NCBI GenBank assembly: GCA_963783575.1
Contig: CAWAOD010000011.1
Location: 192,001 to 256,000 of the forward strand
Reading direction: 5' to 3'
DNA from: an uncultured Spirochaetota bacterium
GTDB taxonomy: Bacteria; Spirochaetota; Brevinematia; Brevinematales; JAOACQ01
DNA length: 64,000 bases
A model generated the notes under the pieces. That model was not told where the DNA came from. It saw only the letters and a list, made by a program, of their open reading frames with translations, and ran no database searches. This document shows, one piece after another, positions 43,821 through 54,155 of this stretch (position 1 is its first letter; each line of letters begins with the position of its first letter). Made by a program: the position numbers and the translations under genes.

Positions 43821-46562
43821 ATGGGAAATTTTGAAAGAGGTTCCGAATGGGGAAAATGGGATTTACAGGTTCAAACAATTCTTGATAATGGTTATTTACA
43901 ATTAAAGGATTATTATGAATCATTAAAATCTTCAGATAATACTAAATGGGAAGCTTTTGTCTCACTTATTGGTGGTGAAAATAATGCACTTCTATATGAT
44001 TCAAAAGAATATTACAATGATTCAAGAATAAGCAAAAATGAAAGAGCAACAAATTATGTCCGAATATTTTTATCGTTTATACAAATTTATCAACCTGATC
44101 TTTCCTGTATTGTTCTTACAGACCATAATTATTATGATGATATATTAATAGATATTATGATTGAGATGAGTCAGGATAAAAATTGTAAAATTTTAGCAGG
44201 TGTTGAAATTAATGTTTGTGGTATACATATACTTGTAGTATTTGGTAAAAAGTCATATGGAAAAACAACATATTCAGAAACAATAAAAACTTTTCTATCG
44301 AAAATTGGAATTGATAGACAAAAAACTGACAACTCTTATACTTTAAGTACAGGCAGTTGTGAAAATGTATTAAAGGAAATAAAAGAATGCGAAGCAATTC
44401 CTATATTTCCACATTGTAATTCTGATAATGGACTTTTCCAAGAACGAACTAGAACAGATAGGACACATCTATCAAACATTTATAATTTCAATAAATTTAT
44501 AATTATCCAATCTAAGCAGAAAGAAATGATTGATAATACTATTGATTATATTAAAACAAAACCTAATTTATCAGCTAAAGTTTCTTCTACTATTGCTAGC
44601 GACGCAAGATCTCTAAAAGATATTGGCAAAGCAGATGATAGTGGTAATTTTTGCTGGATAAAAGCTGACCCAACTTTTGAGGGATTAAAACAAATCATTT
44701 ATGAACCGGATGAAAGGGTAAAAATACAACAAACAAAACCTGAGGAAAAAGCAAGGTATTATGTAATTGATTCAATAAAACTAGAGGAAGATAAATTTTG
44801 GAAACAAACAATTCCTCTTAATTCGAATCTTGTTACCATAATTGGTGGACGTTCAACAGGTAAATCTTTATTAATTGGAAGTATTTCAAAAAAGATAGTC
44901 TCATCTATAGATGAAATATACAATAAAATATTTACAAACGAACATATTGATATTATATGGCAAGATGAAGAACAAACATCTAATAGAGATATTGATTTCT
45001 TTCCTCAAAGTTATATGTATGAAATAGCTAATGACCAAAAAAAAACTGATGAATTAATTGAAGATATAATTAAAGATAAAGATGAAAAAAAATTACTAAT
45101 AGCTTATTATAACTTTTGTGATAATAATAGAACTCAATTAATAAATAAAATTAATACGTTATTTCAACTTCAATCTGAGATTGATAAGCGAAACATAGAA
45201 ATTAAAGAAAAAGGGGATAAATTAGGGGTTGAAAAGGAAATCAAACTATTAGAAGAAAAAATAAACAAAATTCATGATGGCAAAATTGTAACCCAAGATA
45301 TTCTTATAGAATATGAAACTATCAATAAAAATATTTCAGAAAAAGAACAACTTTTACAGATTATTGAAAGGGATTTAAGAGTAATAGAAAGTTTAAAAAC
45401 AAAAAACATTTTTAATCCATCAATTGAATATGAGTTTAACTCATTATCAGAAAAGACAAGACTTGCGATTACTAATGCATTAAATAAAGTTAAGGAAGAA
45501 GCGAAAACAAGATGGGAAGAAGAACTTGCAAAACAAGATTCAGGCCTAAAAATATTAAAAGAATCTTTATTTCATGGAATTAAATTAGAGAAAGAAAAAG
45601 AAACATTTAAAGAGGGGATCAAGTATTTCCAAGAAAATACACAATATCAGGAATTGCAAGGTAAGCTTAAATATGAACGTCTGAAATTATCAGAAATATC
45701 AGAAATTGAGATAAGTTTAAATAATCTGGAGAATCAAAAACAAATATTATTAAATGAGATTATTATATCTCATTTAAATTATTACATAAATGTACATGAA
45801 TTATCTAAATCTTTAAAATTTAATTGCGGAGGTATTTCAATAGAGACAAGTGTTGTCTTTAAAAAAGATCCCATGTTATCATTTTTTAATGAAAGATTAA
45901 ATCTTCGGGGAACAGAAAGGCAAAATTTTATTTTGGATTTTATTAATGATTATGAAACTAATATGTTTGCTCGTTGTGTTGAATTTCTTCAACTTGCTCT
46001 TAATAAAGAAATTGATTTTAAAGGGATGTATTCTAACAAATCACAACCAACTGTTGCTTCTGAATTACTTTCAACCAATTGGTTTGATATTACTTATAAT
46101 TTAACTTATCAAAAAGATGTTTTTTCAGAAATGTCTCAAGGCAAGCAAGCTTTTGTAATTCTAAAATTATTATTAGAATTTAGTAATAAAAAATGTCCTA
46201 TTTTAATTGATCAACCAGAAGATAGTTTAGACAATCGGGCAATTTATAATGAGTTAGTAACATATTTGAAAGATAAGAAAAAAGAAAGACAAATAATAAT
46301 TGTAACACATAATCCAAATGTTGTTGTAGGTTCAGATGCTGAACAAGTAATTGTTGCGAATCAGCATGGGAAGGATTCTAAAAATAAAAATTCTTTAAGA
46401 TTCCAATATGTTTCAGGTAGTTTAGAAAATACAATAGAAAAAGATAAATCTAATAAAATTATTTTGGAATCACAAGGTATAAGAGAGCATGTTTGTGAAA
46501 TATTAGAAGGCGGGAAAGAGGCTTTTGAAAAAAGAGAAAATAAATATGGTTTTAAGAAATAA
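43821..46562 (+). CDS. PHP-domain + ABC/SMC-like ATPase (TrlF/Ppl-like), putative anti-phage protein
   Basis: RGSEW.KWDL, TDHN, GVE, WIKADPTFEGLKQI.YEP; Walker A GGRSTGKS; coiled coil; MSQGK; IDQPEDSLDN; VTHN. Confidence 0.85.
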   Translation: MGNFERGSEWGKWDLQVQTILDNGYLQLKDYYESLKSSDNTKWEAFVSLIGGENNALLYDSKEYYNDSRISKNERATNYVRIFLSFIQIYQPDLSCIVLTDHNYYDDILIDIMIEMSQDKNCKILAGVEINVCGIHILVVFGKKSYGKTTYSETIKTFLSKIGIDRQKTDNSYTLSTGSCENVLKEIKECEAIPIFPHCNSDNGLFQERTRTDRTHLSNIYNFNKFIIIQSKQKEMIDNTIDYIKTKPNLSAKVSSTIASDARSLKDIGKADDSGNFCWIKADPTFEGLKQIIYEPDERVKIQQTKPEEKARYYVIDSIKLEEDKFWKQTIPLNSNLVTIIGGRSTGKSLLIGSISKKIVSSIDEIYNKIFTNEHIDIIWQDEEQTSNRDIDFFPQSYMYEIANDQKKTDELIEDIIKDKDEKKLLIAYYNFCDNNRTQLINKINTLFQLQSEIDKRNIEIKEKGDKLGVEKEIKLLEEKINKIHDGKIVTQDILIEYETINKNISEKEQLLQIIERDLRVIESLKTKNIFNPSIEYEFNSLSEKTRLAITNALNKVKEEAKTRWEEELAKQDSGLKILKESLFHGIKLEKEKETFKEGIKYFQENTQYQELQGKLKYERLKLSEISEIEISLNNLENQKQILLNEIIISHLNYYINVHELSKSLKFNCGGISIETSVVFKKDPMLSFFNERLNLRGTERQNFILDFINDYETNMFARCVEFLQLALNKEIDFKGMYSNKSQPTVASELLSTNWFDITYNLTYQKDVFSEMSQGKQAFVILKLLLEFSNKKCPILIDQPEDSLDNRAIYNELVTYLKDKKKERQIIIVTHNPNVVVGSDAEQVIVANQHGKDSKNKNSLRFQYVSGSLENTIEKDKSNKIILESQGIREHVCEILEGGKEAFEKRENKYGFKK

Positions 46563-46680
46563 CGAAGGAAAGCCTTTGCACTTTTAGCTATGTTTTTTTA
46601 ATAAATTCATCCCAGAGTTTAAGGATTATTAAAACAAAACTTTTAACATTATCATCTATTTAAAAAAGATAGGAGGTTTT

Positions 46681-47202
46681 ATGTTTAACCTAGTTAATCT
46701 TAACGAGGTTCGAGAAGAAATGCTTGCTGAGATTCAATCAGATATTGATAACAAGAAGTTGTACCTATCCGAAAGACTTAACACAGATGGCATCCGCGAA
46801 TATCCTTCAAAATTGTTACAATCTGCAAAATCTTCTGATATTGATGGATTTATTCAATCATTAGGTATGAATTACTTTAACAGCCACTTCCAACGTCGAA
46901 AGCCGACCGGAGGATTTACACAAGTAACGATGCCAAGAGATGCTAATTGTATGCTTTGTGAAGGTGAGTTTAACAGATTCTATATTCGTGCAGTATGTTT
47001 AAAAGCTATTTCTTTGGGCAAACAATTTGTAACAGCGTATAGAGCCAGACCTTCTAATAATCCGCGGCCAGAATCATTAGCCGTTGAAAATCATCAGTTC
47101 GATGCTTCTAATCTTTTGAACGACTTACGCACTAATATTGGTGTCGATACAGCCCTTGGTATTCCACCAGGCCCAAACTCTGGAATTAGTGTGAGATTAT
47201 GA
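46681..47202 (+). CDS. Hypothetical protein in defence island
   Basis: RBS AGGAGG; 173-aa ORF; motif-like EGEFNRFYIR, YRAR and GPNSG. Confidence 0.7.
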   Translation: MFNLVNLNEVREEMLAEIQSDIDNKKLYLSERLNTDGIREYPSKLLQSAKSSDIDGFIQSLGMNYFNSHFQRRKPTGGFTQVTMPRDANCMLCEGEFNRFYIRAVCLKAISLGKQFVTAYRARPSNNPRPESLAVENHQFDASNLLNDLRTNIGVDTALGIPPGPNSGISVRL

Positions 47203-47276
47203 ACTAACTCCGAGTGACATTCGGGGCTTTATCATATAAAAAATGAATATATTTTTGGTTTAAAGAATACTCTTGG

Positions 47277-48419
47277 TTACTTTTTCATCTCACCAATTAT
47301 TAAATACTCAATTGTTTTATCAGCCTTATAATTTCTTTTAGAATGGTCAACATCCGCTCTGTATCTCTGGTATTCAATTTTTTCAATTTTATAATTTTGG
47401 CAATAGCTGTCAAATAAATTCATAATAAACTCTTCCGAAATTATTCCTTCGTTATTATAAGAAAACATAATATACTTTGACTTTATATTTGAGAATAATT
47501 TCTCAAAAGAATTTTCGGCTTTTGTCCTTTTACTGTAATCCGAAATTAATTCTTTACTATCTCTCAACCCGGTTACACCCCTTGGTGAAAAATTATTTAT
47601 ATCCCATTTCGCAATAGTTTCAAGGATATGATAGTTTGCCGAATATTGCCGGTGATTATACGGCGGGTCAATGTAAGTTAATAATATATCTTTTTTCTTT
47701 AATTTTTTTACAATTTCAAGAGCGTCGTTACAAAACACTTTATTCAAATCCGGTCTATGCTCGGAATAAATAGGTTTGATCCCGATAAGCTCCATAGGTT
47801 TATCAGCTGATTTTTTAATTTTTTTTAAATATGCTCCATAGACCGAAGTCGTGTTTGCGATTCTATCCGCTGATTCCAATAAACATGCTATCAGCCAGGT
47901 TTTCTCATTTAAACTTATCAATTTATTTATAAACCATTCTTCAATTTTATCTCTGATTGCCTGAATCTTTTTACCATTCTCTTTCGAAAAATACATGCGT
48001 TTTTTTGTTCCGCCTTCACAATAAAAATTATAAAATTGCCCTTTTTTTTCTTCTAAATCCTGTAAATAGGACAATACTTTTATAAACGGCTCGTTTTGAA
48101 TTTTCTGATTCCGGACTTTTAAGGAAAATATTTTAATATCTTCTTTTTTTGTGTTTTTAATCAACAAGCCTTCTTCACTTTTAAGAAGATTATTAAATTT
48201 TGGGAATTCATTTAACAAAATAGAAGACGCTGTCAGGCAATAAGAATAATATTGCCAGTCATTGGCATAAGAAACATAACCCATCGATTTGAATAATTGA
48301 GAAACTACACCTGTTCCCGAGAATAGATCAAAAGCAATGCCTTCTTTTGGAACATTAAAATCTTCAATTATCTTAGTCATTTTATTCAATAAACTATACT
48401 TGGAACCTATATAATTCAT
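47277..48419 (-). CDS. N6-adenine DNA methyltransferase (D12 class)
   Basis: MNYIGSK, DLFSGTG, YIDPPYN.RQY..NYH. Confidence 0.9.
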   Translation of the reverse strand: MNYIGSKYSLLNKMTKIIEDFNVPKEGIAFDLFSGTGVVSQLFKSMGYVSYANDWQYYSYCLTASSILLNEFPKFNNLLKSEEGLLIKNTKKEDIKIFSLKVRNQKIQNEPFIKVLSYLQDLEEKKGQFYNFYCEGGTKKRMYFSKENGKKIQAIRDKIEEWFINKLISLNEKTWLIACLLESADRIANTTSVYGAYLKKIKKSADKPMELIGIKPIYSEHRPDLNKVFCNDALEIVKKLKKKDILLTYIDPPYNHRQYSANYHILETIAKWDINNFSPRGVTGLRDSKELISDYSKRTKAENSFEKLFSNIKSKYIMFSYNNEGIISEEFIMNLFDSYCQNYKIEKIEYQRYRADVDHSKRNYKADKTIEYLIIGEMKK

Positions 48420-48431
48420 GTTGATCTCTCA

Positions 48432-49538
48432 TTAAAAAGTTATGATATCCTGATTAAATTCAAGATTATGATTTACAGATACAACCCTATATTGATTAAT
48501 GCCATGGCCTCTTAAATATGTTTTAATTTCTTGATGAAAGTCATTATTTGTAGAAGGAGCTATAATTGTTGGTATAATTTGATGAACCGATATATCCGGA
48601 ATATGCGCTTTAAGCCATTTAATATATCTATTTAATTGACTGGCCGCTTCCGAACCGGCCTCAACCGATTTTAATTCAATAAGATGGATAAAGTTATTCA
48701 GTTCATTTTTTGCATAAATCAAAATATCGATACTTTGCATGCCGGCGCCCGCGTATATTTCATTGCCAATCCAGGTTATCTCAACATTTGGGAATAAATA
48801 GTTTGAAAACTTTATATTTCTTCCTATTTCCTGCATTAAATAAGCCTGTAATTGAAGTTCCCATTTTCTCTCATTTTCATCCATCAATTTCATTAAATGA
48901 TTATCAATCTTATCAAAATTATTTTTTTTTCCGGAATAATTATTAATTTGAGAGTTTTCTTTCAGTCTTATGTTTTCAGTATCAAAATCAATGTATTGGA
49001 AATTCAAAGTTTGTCCTGCATTAATTAAATCAAGCATTTTTTTTATTATATTTCCTTCATGCGGCAGCAATGGCGTACACCCTCTCCGGGCTGTCATTTT
49101 TCTGTATATAATTGACCAAGGAATATCATAAATTGATTTAAAATCAGACATTTCATCCATTGCTTGCCATTCTGTTAAGCCGGTTTTATATACTTTCTTT
49201 GCTTTTATTAACTGCCTGTATACCAAAGGCATTCCTATTAATTCATTTAAATATTCACCTGACGGCTCATAAATTGGATTTCCACTTATTATTTCAAATA
49301 TTCCGAAAAACCTTCCGCCTTCTCTGCTTTTATCGCTTTCAGGAGATTCCAGATAAAATAATATCTCATCACCTTTATGGACTCTGCATATATCTGCAAA
49401 CAACCCGGCTTGTGCTCTTTCAGAAGAGGCATTGACATTAATATTATTCCATGAACAATCATTTTTCTTTGTTACACCTGCAAACAAATATTTTAAATGA
49501 ATTGGTAAAGTTGTTTCTGAAACAATAAATAAATGCAT
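48432..49538 (-). CDS. Putative endonuclease: EVE/PUA-like N-terminus + PD-(D/E)XK (NucS-like) domain
   Basis: V.KGDEILFY...FFGIFEI; E..LQAYL; IDILI...IELK...A..QL.RY. Confidence 0.7.
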   Translation of the reverse strand: MHLFIVSETTLPIHLKYLFAGVTKKNDCSWNNINVNASSERAQAGLFADICRVHKGDEILFYLESPESDKSREGGRFFGIFEIISGNPIYEPSGEYLNELIGMPLVYRQLIKAKKVYKTGLTEWQAMDEMSDFKSIYDIPWSIIYRKMTARRGCTPLLPHEGNIIKKMLDLINAGQTLNFQYIDFDTENIRLKENSQINNYSGKKNNFDKIDNHLMKLMDENERKWELQLQAYLMQEIGRNIKFSNYLFPNVEITWIGNEIYAGAGMQSIDILIYAKNELNNFIHLIELKSVEAGSEAASQLNRYIKWLKAHIPDISVHQIIPTIIAPSTNNDFHQEIKTYLRGHGINQYRVVSVNHNLEFNQDIITF

Positions 49539-49696
49539 ATAAGCCTCATAAAATTAATAGACTCTAATTATAGCAAATTTATACATAAATTTCATATTCT
49601 AGTTTTTTTATTTCAAAGTTAATAATTCTTTAGTATAAAAACCAATAGTTTAAAATCCCGAAGCGATTTTCCCCCAATCTTAGGATAAAAGAAATT

Positions 49697-50093
49697 AGCC
49701 TGCTTAAGTGCGCCCCGCAGCATGAGCGCCATTTCTGATTGAGCTTTAGTGTGGCTTGAAGCAAAGTCGGTAATAAAATCGTTGTTATTCCCCTATAATG
49801 ATCAATCGATCTGTTCGTATTTCGCGGCCACGGAGGGCCGCGACCCGAACGCAGCAGGACTGCGGAGTGAGGCTCTTTAATAATAAAAGGATTGTTAATA
49901 AAACCTGGAATAACAACAGTAAAATTCTAAAAGCTTTTATTTAATATATCATTCCCCCTTAATAAATAATCTATTATTTACTTTAACCTTGAGAACAGGA
50001 TGTTCAATGGAACTTTTCATAGACTATGAAGATAGCCGAACGCTAGTTCGGTAGCAACACGATGTTGCAGAAATGGCGCTCATGCGAAGGGGC
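49697..50093. mobile_element. Structured MITE/REPIN-like element, copy 2 (inverted, carries an internal insertion)
   Basis: Ends GCATGAGCGCCATTTC / GAAATGGCGCTCATGC; core is the reverse complement of 42185-42320. Confidence 0.75.
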
Positions 50094-50106
50094 GATTCTT
50101 TCTCTG

Positions 50107-50142
50107 ATTACTCTCTTTCTGATCGTTCAGAAAGAGAGTAAT
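50107..50142. repeat. Perfect 16-bp hairpin
   Basis: ATTACTCTCTTTCTGA-TCGT-TCAGAAAGAGAGTAAT. Confidence 0.75.
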
Positions 50143-50314
50143 AAAGCCCCATGCCGTGGCTTTACGGCAAATTTCTTTTAAAAAACAAAAATAAATGTTA
50201 TTATAAAATAAGCCAAAAAGATGAATCAGATAGATTGCTTCGGTAAAGCACAACCGTTAAAGCGCCTCGCAATGATTTGCACCGGCTTATCATTAGAGCA
50301 ATAATGGAGACTAT

Positions 50315-51163
50315 ATGGAAATCATCGACAATAACGCCGAAAGGGCGCTTTCGCCCACAAGCATAGACCTCGCCGATTATGTCATCAACCCCTACAAAGG
50401 CTGTACCATCGGCTGCACATACTGCTACTCCCGCCGGAATAAGGGCATCTCAAAAATAAACCTCGAGTGGGGAGATTACGTCTATATCAAACAGAATCTT
50501 CCAGAGCTTCTTAATAAAGAGCTTGATTGCCTTGAATCTAAAAAAATAAAAAAAATCCTCCTGGGATCGACAACCGAGGTTTTTCAGCCCGCCGAGGAAA
50601 ATCACGGAATTACCCGTAGAATTTTGGAAATTTTGAAAGACAGGGAAATCCCTGTAGTGATTTTGACTAAAATGAAACTTATAATTGAGTATATTGATTT
50701 ACTGAAATACTCAAAGGGCAATACAGTATATTTTACATATAACTCTGAAAAAGTCCGGGATCTTTTTGAGAAGAGAGGCGACTCGCAATCCCAGAGACGC
50801 GATGCGATCGCGGCTTTACGTAAAAATAACATAAACCTGGCCGCGTATGTCAGTCCGGCATTTCCTTTTTTAACCGATGTTAAGAAGATATTTGAAGAGC
50901 TTCAGGGCATAACTGACAATGTTTTTTTTGAGGCTTATAACATAAAAATGGGGAATTGGTTTGATATCAGGAAAAAAATTGAAGATTTTGACGCGGCAGA
51001 TGACGGAATTATTTCCGAATACGAGAGAATATTTTTTAATGAAAACGAATATTACGCTTATTGGAATGGATTTGTCTCATCTGTAAACTCTCTTAACAGC
51101 GCATATGGTTATAAACTTAAATTTTACATTTATAATTACGATTCATATTATTACCGGATTTAA
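50315..51163 (+). CDS. Radical SAM protein (spore photoproduct lyase-like)
   Basis: INPYKGCTIGCTYCY; FQPAE....ITRRILE; ILTK. Confidence 0.85.
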   Translation: MEIIDNNAERALSPTSIDLADYVINPYKGCTIGCTYCYSRRNKGISKINLEWGDYVYIKQNLPELLNKELDCLESKKIKKILLGSTTEVFQPAEENHGITRRILEILKDREIPVVILTKMKLIIEYIDLLKYSKGNTVYFTYNSEKVRDLFEKRGDSQSQRRDAIAALRKNNINLAAYVSPAFPFLTDVKKIFEELQGITDNVFFEAYNIKMGNWFDIRKKIEDFDAADDGIISEYERIFFNENEYYAYWNGFVSSVNSLNSAYGYKLKFYIYNYDSYYYRI

Positions 51164-51338
51164 AATCGCTCAATTTAAGCATTATCTAATAAATTGCTTG
51201 GTCGAGCAGATTTGTCAAAATTATTTATTTATATTATAATTAAAATACAATTCATATATTAAAAATGTTCAATACAACCTGTTCATATAACTGTTCCCTG
51301 CAATAATATTAAAAAGGTTATAGTTATGAAGTAGAAGG

Positions 51339-52205
51339 ATGAAAATAATGGAAATTAAATTAGAAGAGGCAAAAAAATTAATTGAAAAGTATGGACAGGA
51401 AAATGTTCCTATAATCTATCTTAATGATATAAATCTTGTTAACAGATCCAATAGCCTCAGGATTTCAAAAGGCCTGAAATTCGATCAATCCCAGTATGAT
51501 CTTCTATCAGATGCCGGGATTATGAAATTCGACGTGGTATATAATGAAAATTTGCATCAAAAGTTACTAAGCACTTTTCCAAATTGTTACAGGAAACCGG
51601 CAGGAAAAGGAAATATTATCGAGCTTGATAAAATTGTCGATGAACTGAATAAACTGAATTCACTCTCTAAAAGAAAGCGCTGTATAATATCGCTTTCTGA
51701 AATATATAAATCGTCAAATATCGGTAATACACCTATCCTGTTCTATGGTGAGAAGCTTGATTATGCCCGCTGGAACCAGGTTAAAGTCCATATAAACAGG
51801 AGCACGTTGATCGATTATACCTATGATGAGGGCGGAATTATAATTTTTTACATTTTGAATGCAAGCGATCCTTTATATATGCAGAAATTTATGAAATTTA
51901 CCGATCTGGTTTCCATTATTGTTGAAAGCAAATCTTCGGGAATAACCATTGCGCCTGAATTGAACCTTGAAAAGGACATTTACACGGTCAATGATAAATC
52001 AAAGCTATTGGAAACCTATGACAAAACAAAAGCCTCTCTCATAATTATGGGTGAAGACCTCAACAATGAATATAAAGAAGCTCTTATGCAGATTAAATCT
52101 TACGACAGATATGTCAAAATGATGGTTATAAAAGACCCGTCTCCGAAAAATAAGACTGAGATTCTTAACAAAATCAAAAGCGTTTATCAGCAGATTGAAC
52201 AATAA
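51339..52205 (+). CDS. Hypothetical protein
   Basis: 288-aa ORF; no motif recognised. Confidence 0.6.
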   Translation: MKIMEIKLEEAKKLIEKYGQENVPIIYLNDINLVNRSNSLRISKGLKFDQSQYDLLSDAGIMKFDVVYNENLHQKLLSTFPNCYRKPAGKGNIIELDKIVDELNKLNSLSKRKRCIISLSEIYKSSNIGNTPILFYGEKLDYARWNQVKVHINRSTLIDYTYDEGGIIIFYILNASDPLYMQKFMKFTDLVSIIVESKSSGITIAPELNLEKDIYTVNDKSKLLETYDKTKASLIIMGEDLNNEYKEALMQIKSYDRYVKMMVIKDPSPKNKTEILNKIKSVYQQIEQ

Positions 52206-52222
52206 TCATTTATTTTCAACCG

Positions 52223-52759
52223 TTACTGTTTATATGCATTTTTATAAAAATACCTGACAATAAATCCGATTATTATTCCATTGGCAATGCTTATGAGAAT
52301 TAGGACAGATATAAGGAAGACCGTTCCCCGGTCAAACCCGAAGAAAACCATAACAACAATTCCCTGGGAAATTGTGTTAAAAAATGCGCCTATGACCGAA
52401 AGCCCTATTTCCGAAACCGCTCCCTTAAGCAGCATGAAAAAAAGCATTGTAAAAATTACTGAAAACATTGCCCCTGTCAAACTTAGAAGATAGGTATATG
52501 TAAGAAATGAACCGATCATCAACGATGCGATCAAAGTCCTCAGGAAAGCGACTGTAAAAGCCAGCCCGGGCCGGTTCTCGATTATGAGAACCAGTGTAAC
52601 AAGATTTGCCACTCCGATCTTTGCCATAGGTATGGGTTTGGGAATCATTGTGTCGATAACTGACAATATTCCCGATAACGCTGTCAGAAAAGCTATCAAA
52701 TAAACTTTTCTGATATTTACCAGATCCTTATATTCCCGGATATCATTCAGTAATTGCAT
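52223..52759 (-). CDS. Gx transporter family (heptaprenyl diphosphate synthase component I-like) membrane protein
   Basis: IP.P.P.AKIGVAN..TL; SLTG; IGLSVIGA...N..QG. Confidence 0.85.
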   Translation of the reverse strand: MQLLNDIREYKDLVNIRKVYLIAFLTALSGILSVIDTMIPKPIPMAKIGVANLVTLVLIIENRPGLAFTVAFLRTLIASLMIGSFLTYTYLLSLTGAMFSVIFTMLFFMLLKGAVSEIGLSVIGAFFNTISQGIVVMVFFGFDRGTVFLISVLILISIANGIIIGFIVRYFYKNAYKQ

Positions 52760-53096
52760 CGATTGATTGCTCTTGGTTATCAATTTTAATAATAATTCGG
52801 TTCGGCAGACAAATTATACTGTCCCCGGAAAGATGAATCCAGCCGCGTTTTACACAGATCTGCTCCGGGCAGTTTGATTCTTTCGCGCGTACTCTGCCGT
52901 TTTTTATCTCAACAACATAATTTCCCAATAAACCTTTTACATTGATTTCGCGGTCTTTTTCCAGCGAATACCGGTAATCGCCGTAAGGCGTTTTAATGAT
53001 GACGGATTTTCCGCCGGAAGAGCCGATGCCGAACAAGATTCCGCTTATTCCGGCAGACGTAACAAGCAGAATTATAAGAATATCCGCTAACTTCAT
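52743..53096 (-). CDS. NusG domain II-containing protein (DUF1312)
   Basis: N-terminal TM; SNCPEQICVKRGWI...GDSIICLPNR; usual partner of Gx transporters. Confidence 0.88.
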   Translation of the reverse strand: MKLADILIILLVTSAGISGILFGIGSSGGKSVIIKTPYGDYRYSLEKDREINVKGLLGNYVVEIKNGRVRAKESNCPEQICVKRGWIHLSGDSIICLPNRIIIKIDNQEQSIDAITE

Positions 53097-53156
53097 AAAA
53101 AAACACAGCCGCTTTTTAAATAAACGCGCCGGCATAAATACCGTATGCGCCGGTCT

Positions 53157-54027
53157 CTACTTTTCAAGATATGAAGAATCGACATATTTAATCACCGCTT
53201 TGTCCATTTCTTCTTTGATGATTTTATCAGTCTCTTCGGCCCTGGCGGATTGAACAAGGTATTGTGCGAGTTTTTCCTTTATTTCATCATAGATCAATTT
53301 TTTACCGATTATTTTACCGTTCAGTTTATAAACAAGCATACCGCACTCAGGTGCCTGCATTGTCGCGACTTTTCCGATTTCCAGATCGGACATGACATTG
53401 TATACTTCCTCCGGAAGTTGATAAGCCGGAATATCGGTATGATTATGAAATTCCAGCCCTGCTTTTTCAAGTGCTTCGGTTATCTGATAAATATCTTTTT
53501 CCTGCAGAATATTATAAACACTTTTAACAATATCCGCGTTATCGCAATAGATCTCATAAAATGAGAATAAATCGGGTTCCTTCATAAGCTTTTCATTATT
53601 ATTGTAATATTCTTGTAATTCCTTTTCACTAAAGTTTGTATCCGAAATATAATGCTCATTCAGAAATTTTTCAATTGTCATATCTTTTTTTAATTCATCA
53701 AACAAATTTTCTTCCTGAATATGGAGCGATATCAAATTTTCTTTCCATTCTTCCTCGGTTGTGAAATTGGACCTCATCCTGTCTATATTTTGATGAACCG
53801 TTTCATGCTTCGACTTCGATTTTTTCAACGGCAGCTTTCTGAAGCAGAAGAGTTCTTTCGATAAGGCGGTTCAATACCTCGGTCTTGATGAATTTCATGT
53901 TATCCTTAGTCGGCTCAAAATCGGAATCTTCATCTTCTTCCATCTGTATTATATAACGCGAAACAGCGCTTTCCAGCAGTATTTCGGTAATATCTTCTCC
54001 ATTTATCCGGACGATTGTGCTGTTCAT
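53157..54027 (-). CDS. SurA/PrsA-like foldase (degenerate parvulin); frameshift at ~53810
   Basis: VRINGEDIT, VLNRLIERTLLLQKA, SEKELQEYYNNN, YDEIKEKL; split over two ORFs. Confidence 0.7.
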
Positions 54028-54155
54028 ATTGTTTCTCCTGATAACTTCTATAAGTTATAATTATAAGGATTGTTTCAATAAAGATCAAAATAATTGATTC
54101 CATCCTGTTTTTGTTTTAGAATATAACACTTTATAAAGTTTTAAGGGGATCTTTA

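Noticed and set aside
50232..50275. GATTGCTTCG...CCTCGCAATGA REP-like motif
   Set aside because: Resembles a widespread repeat but occurs once here, so it cannot be supported from this window
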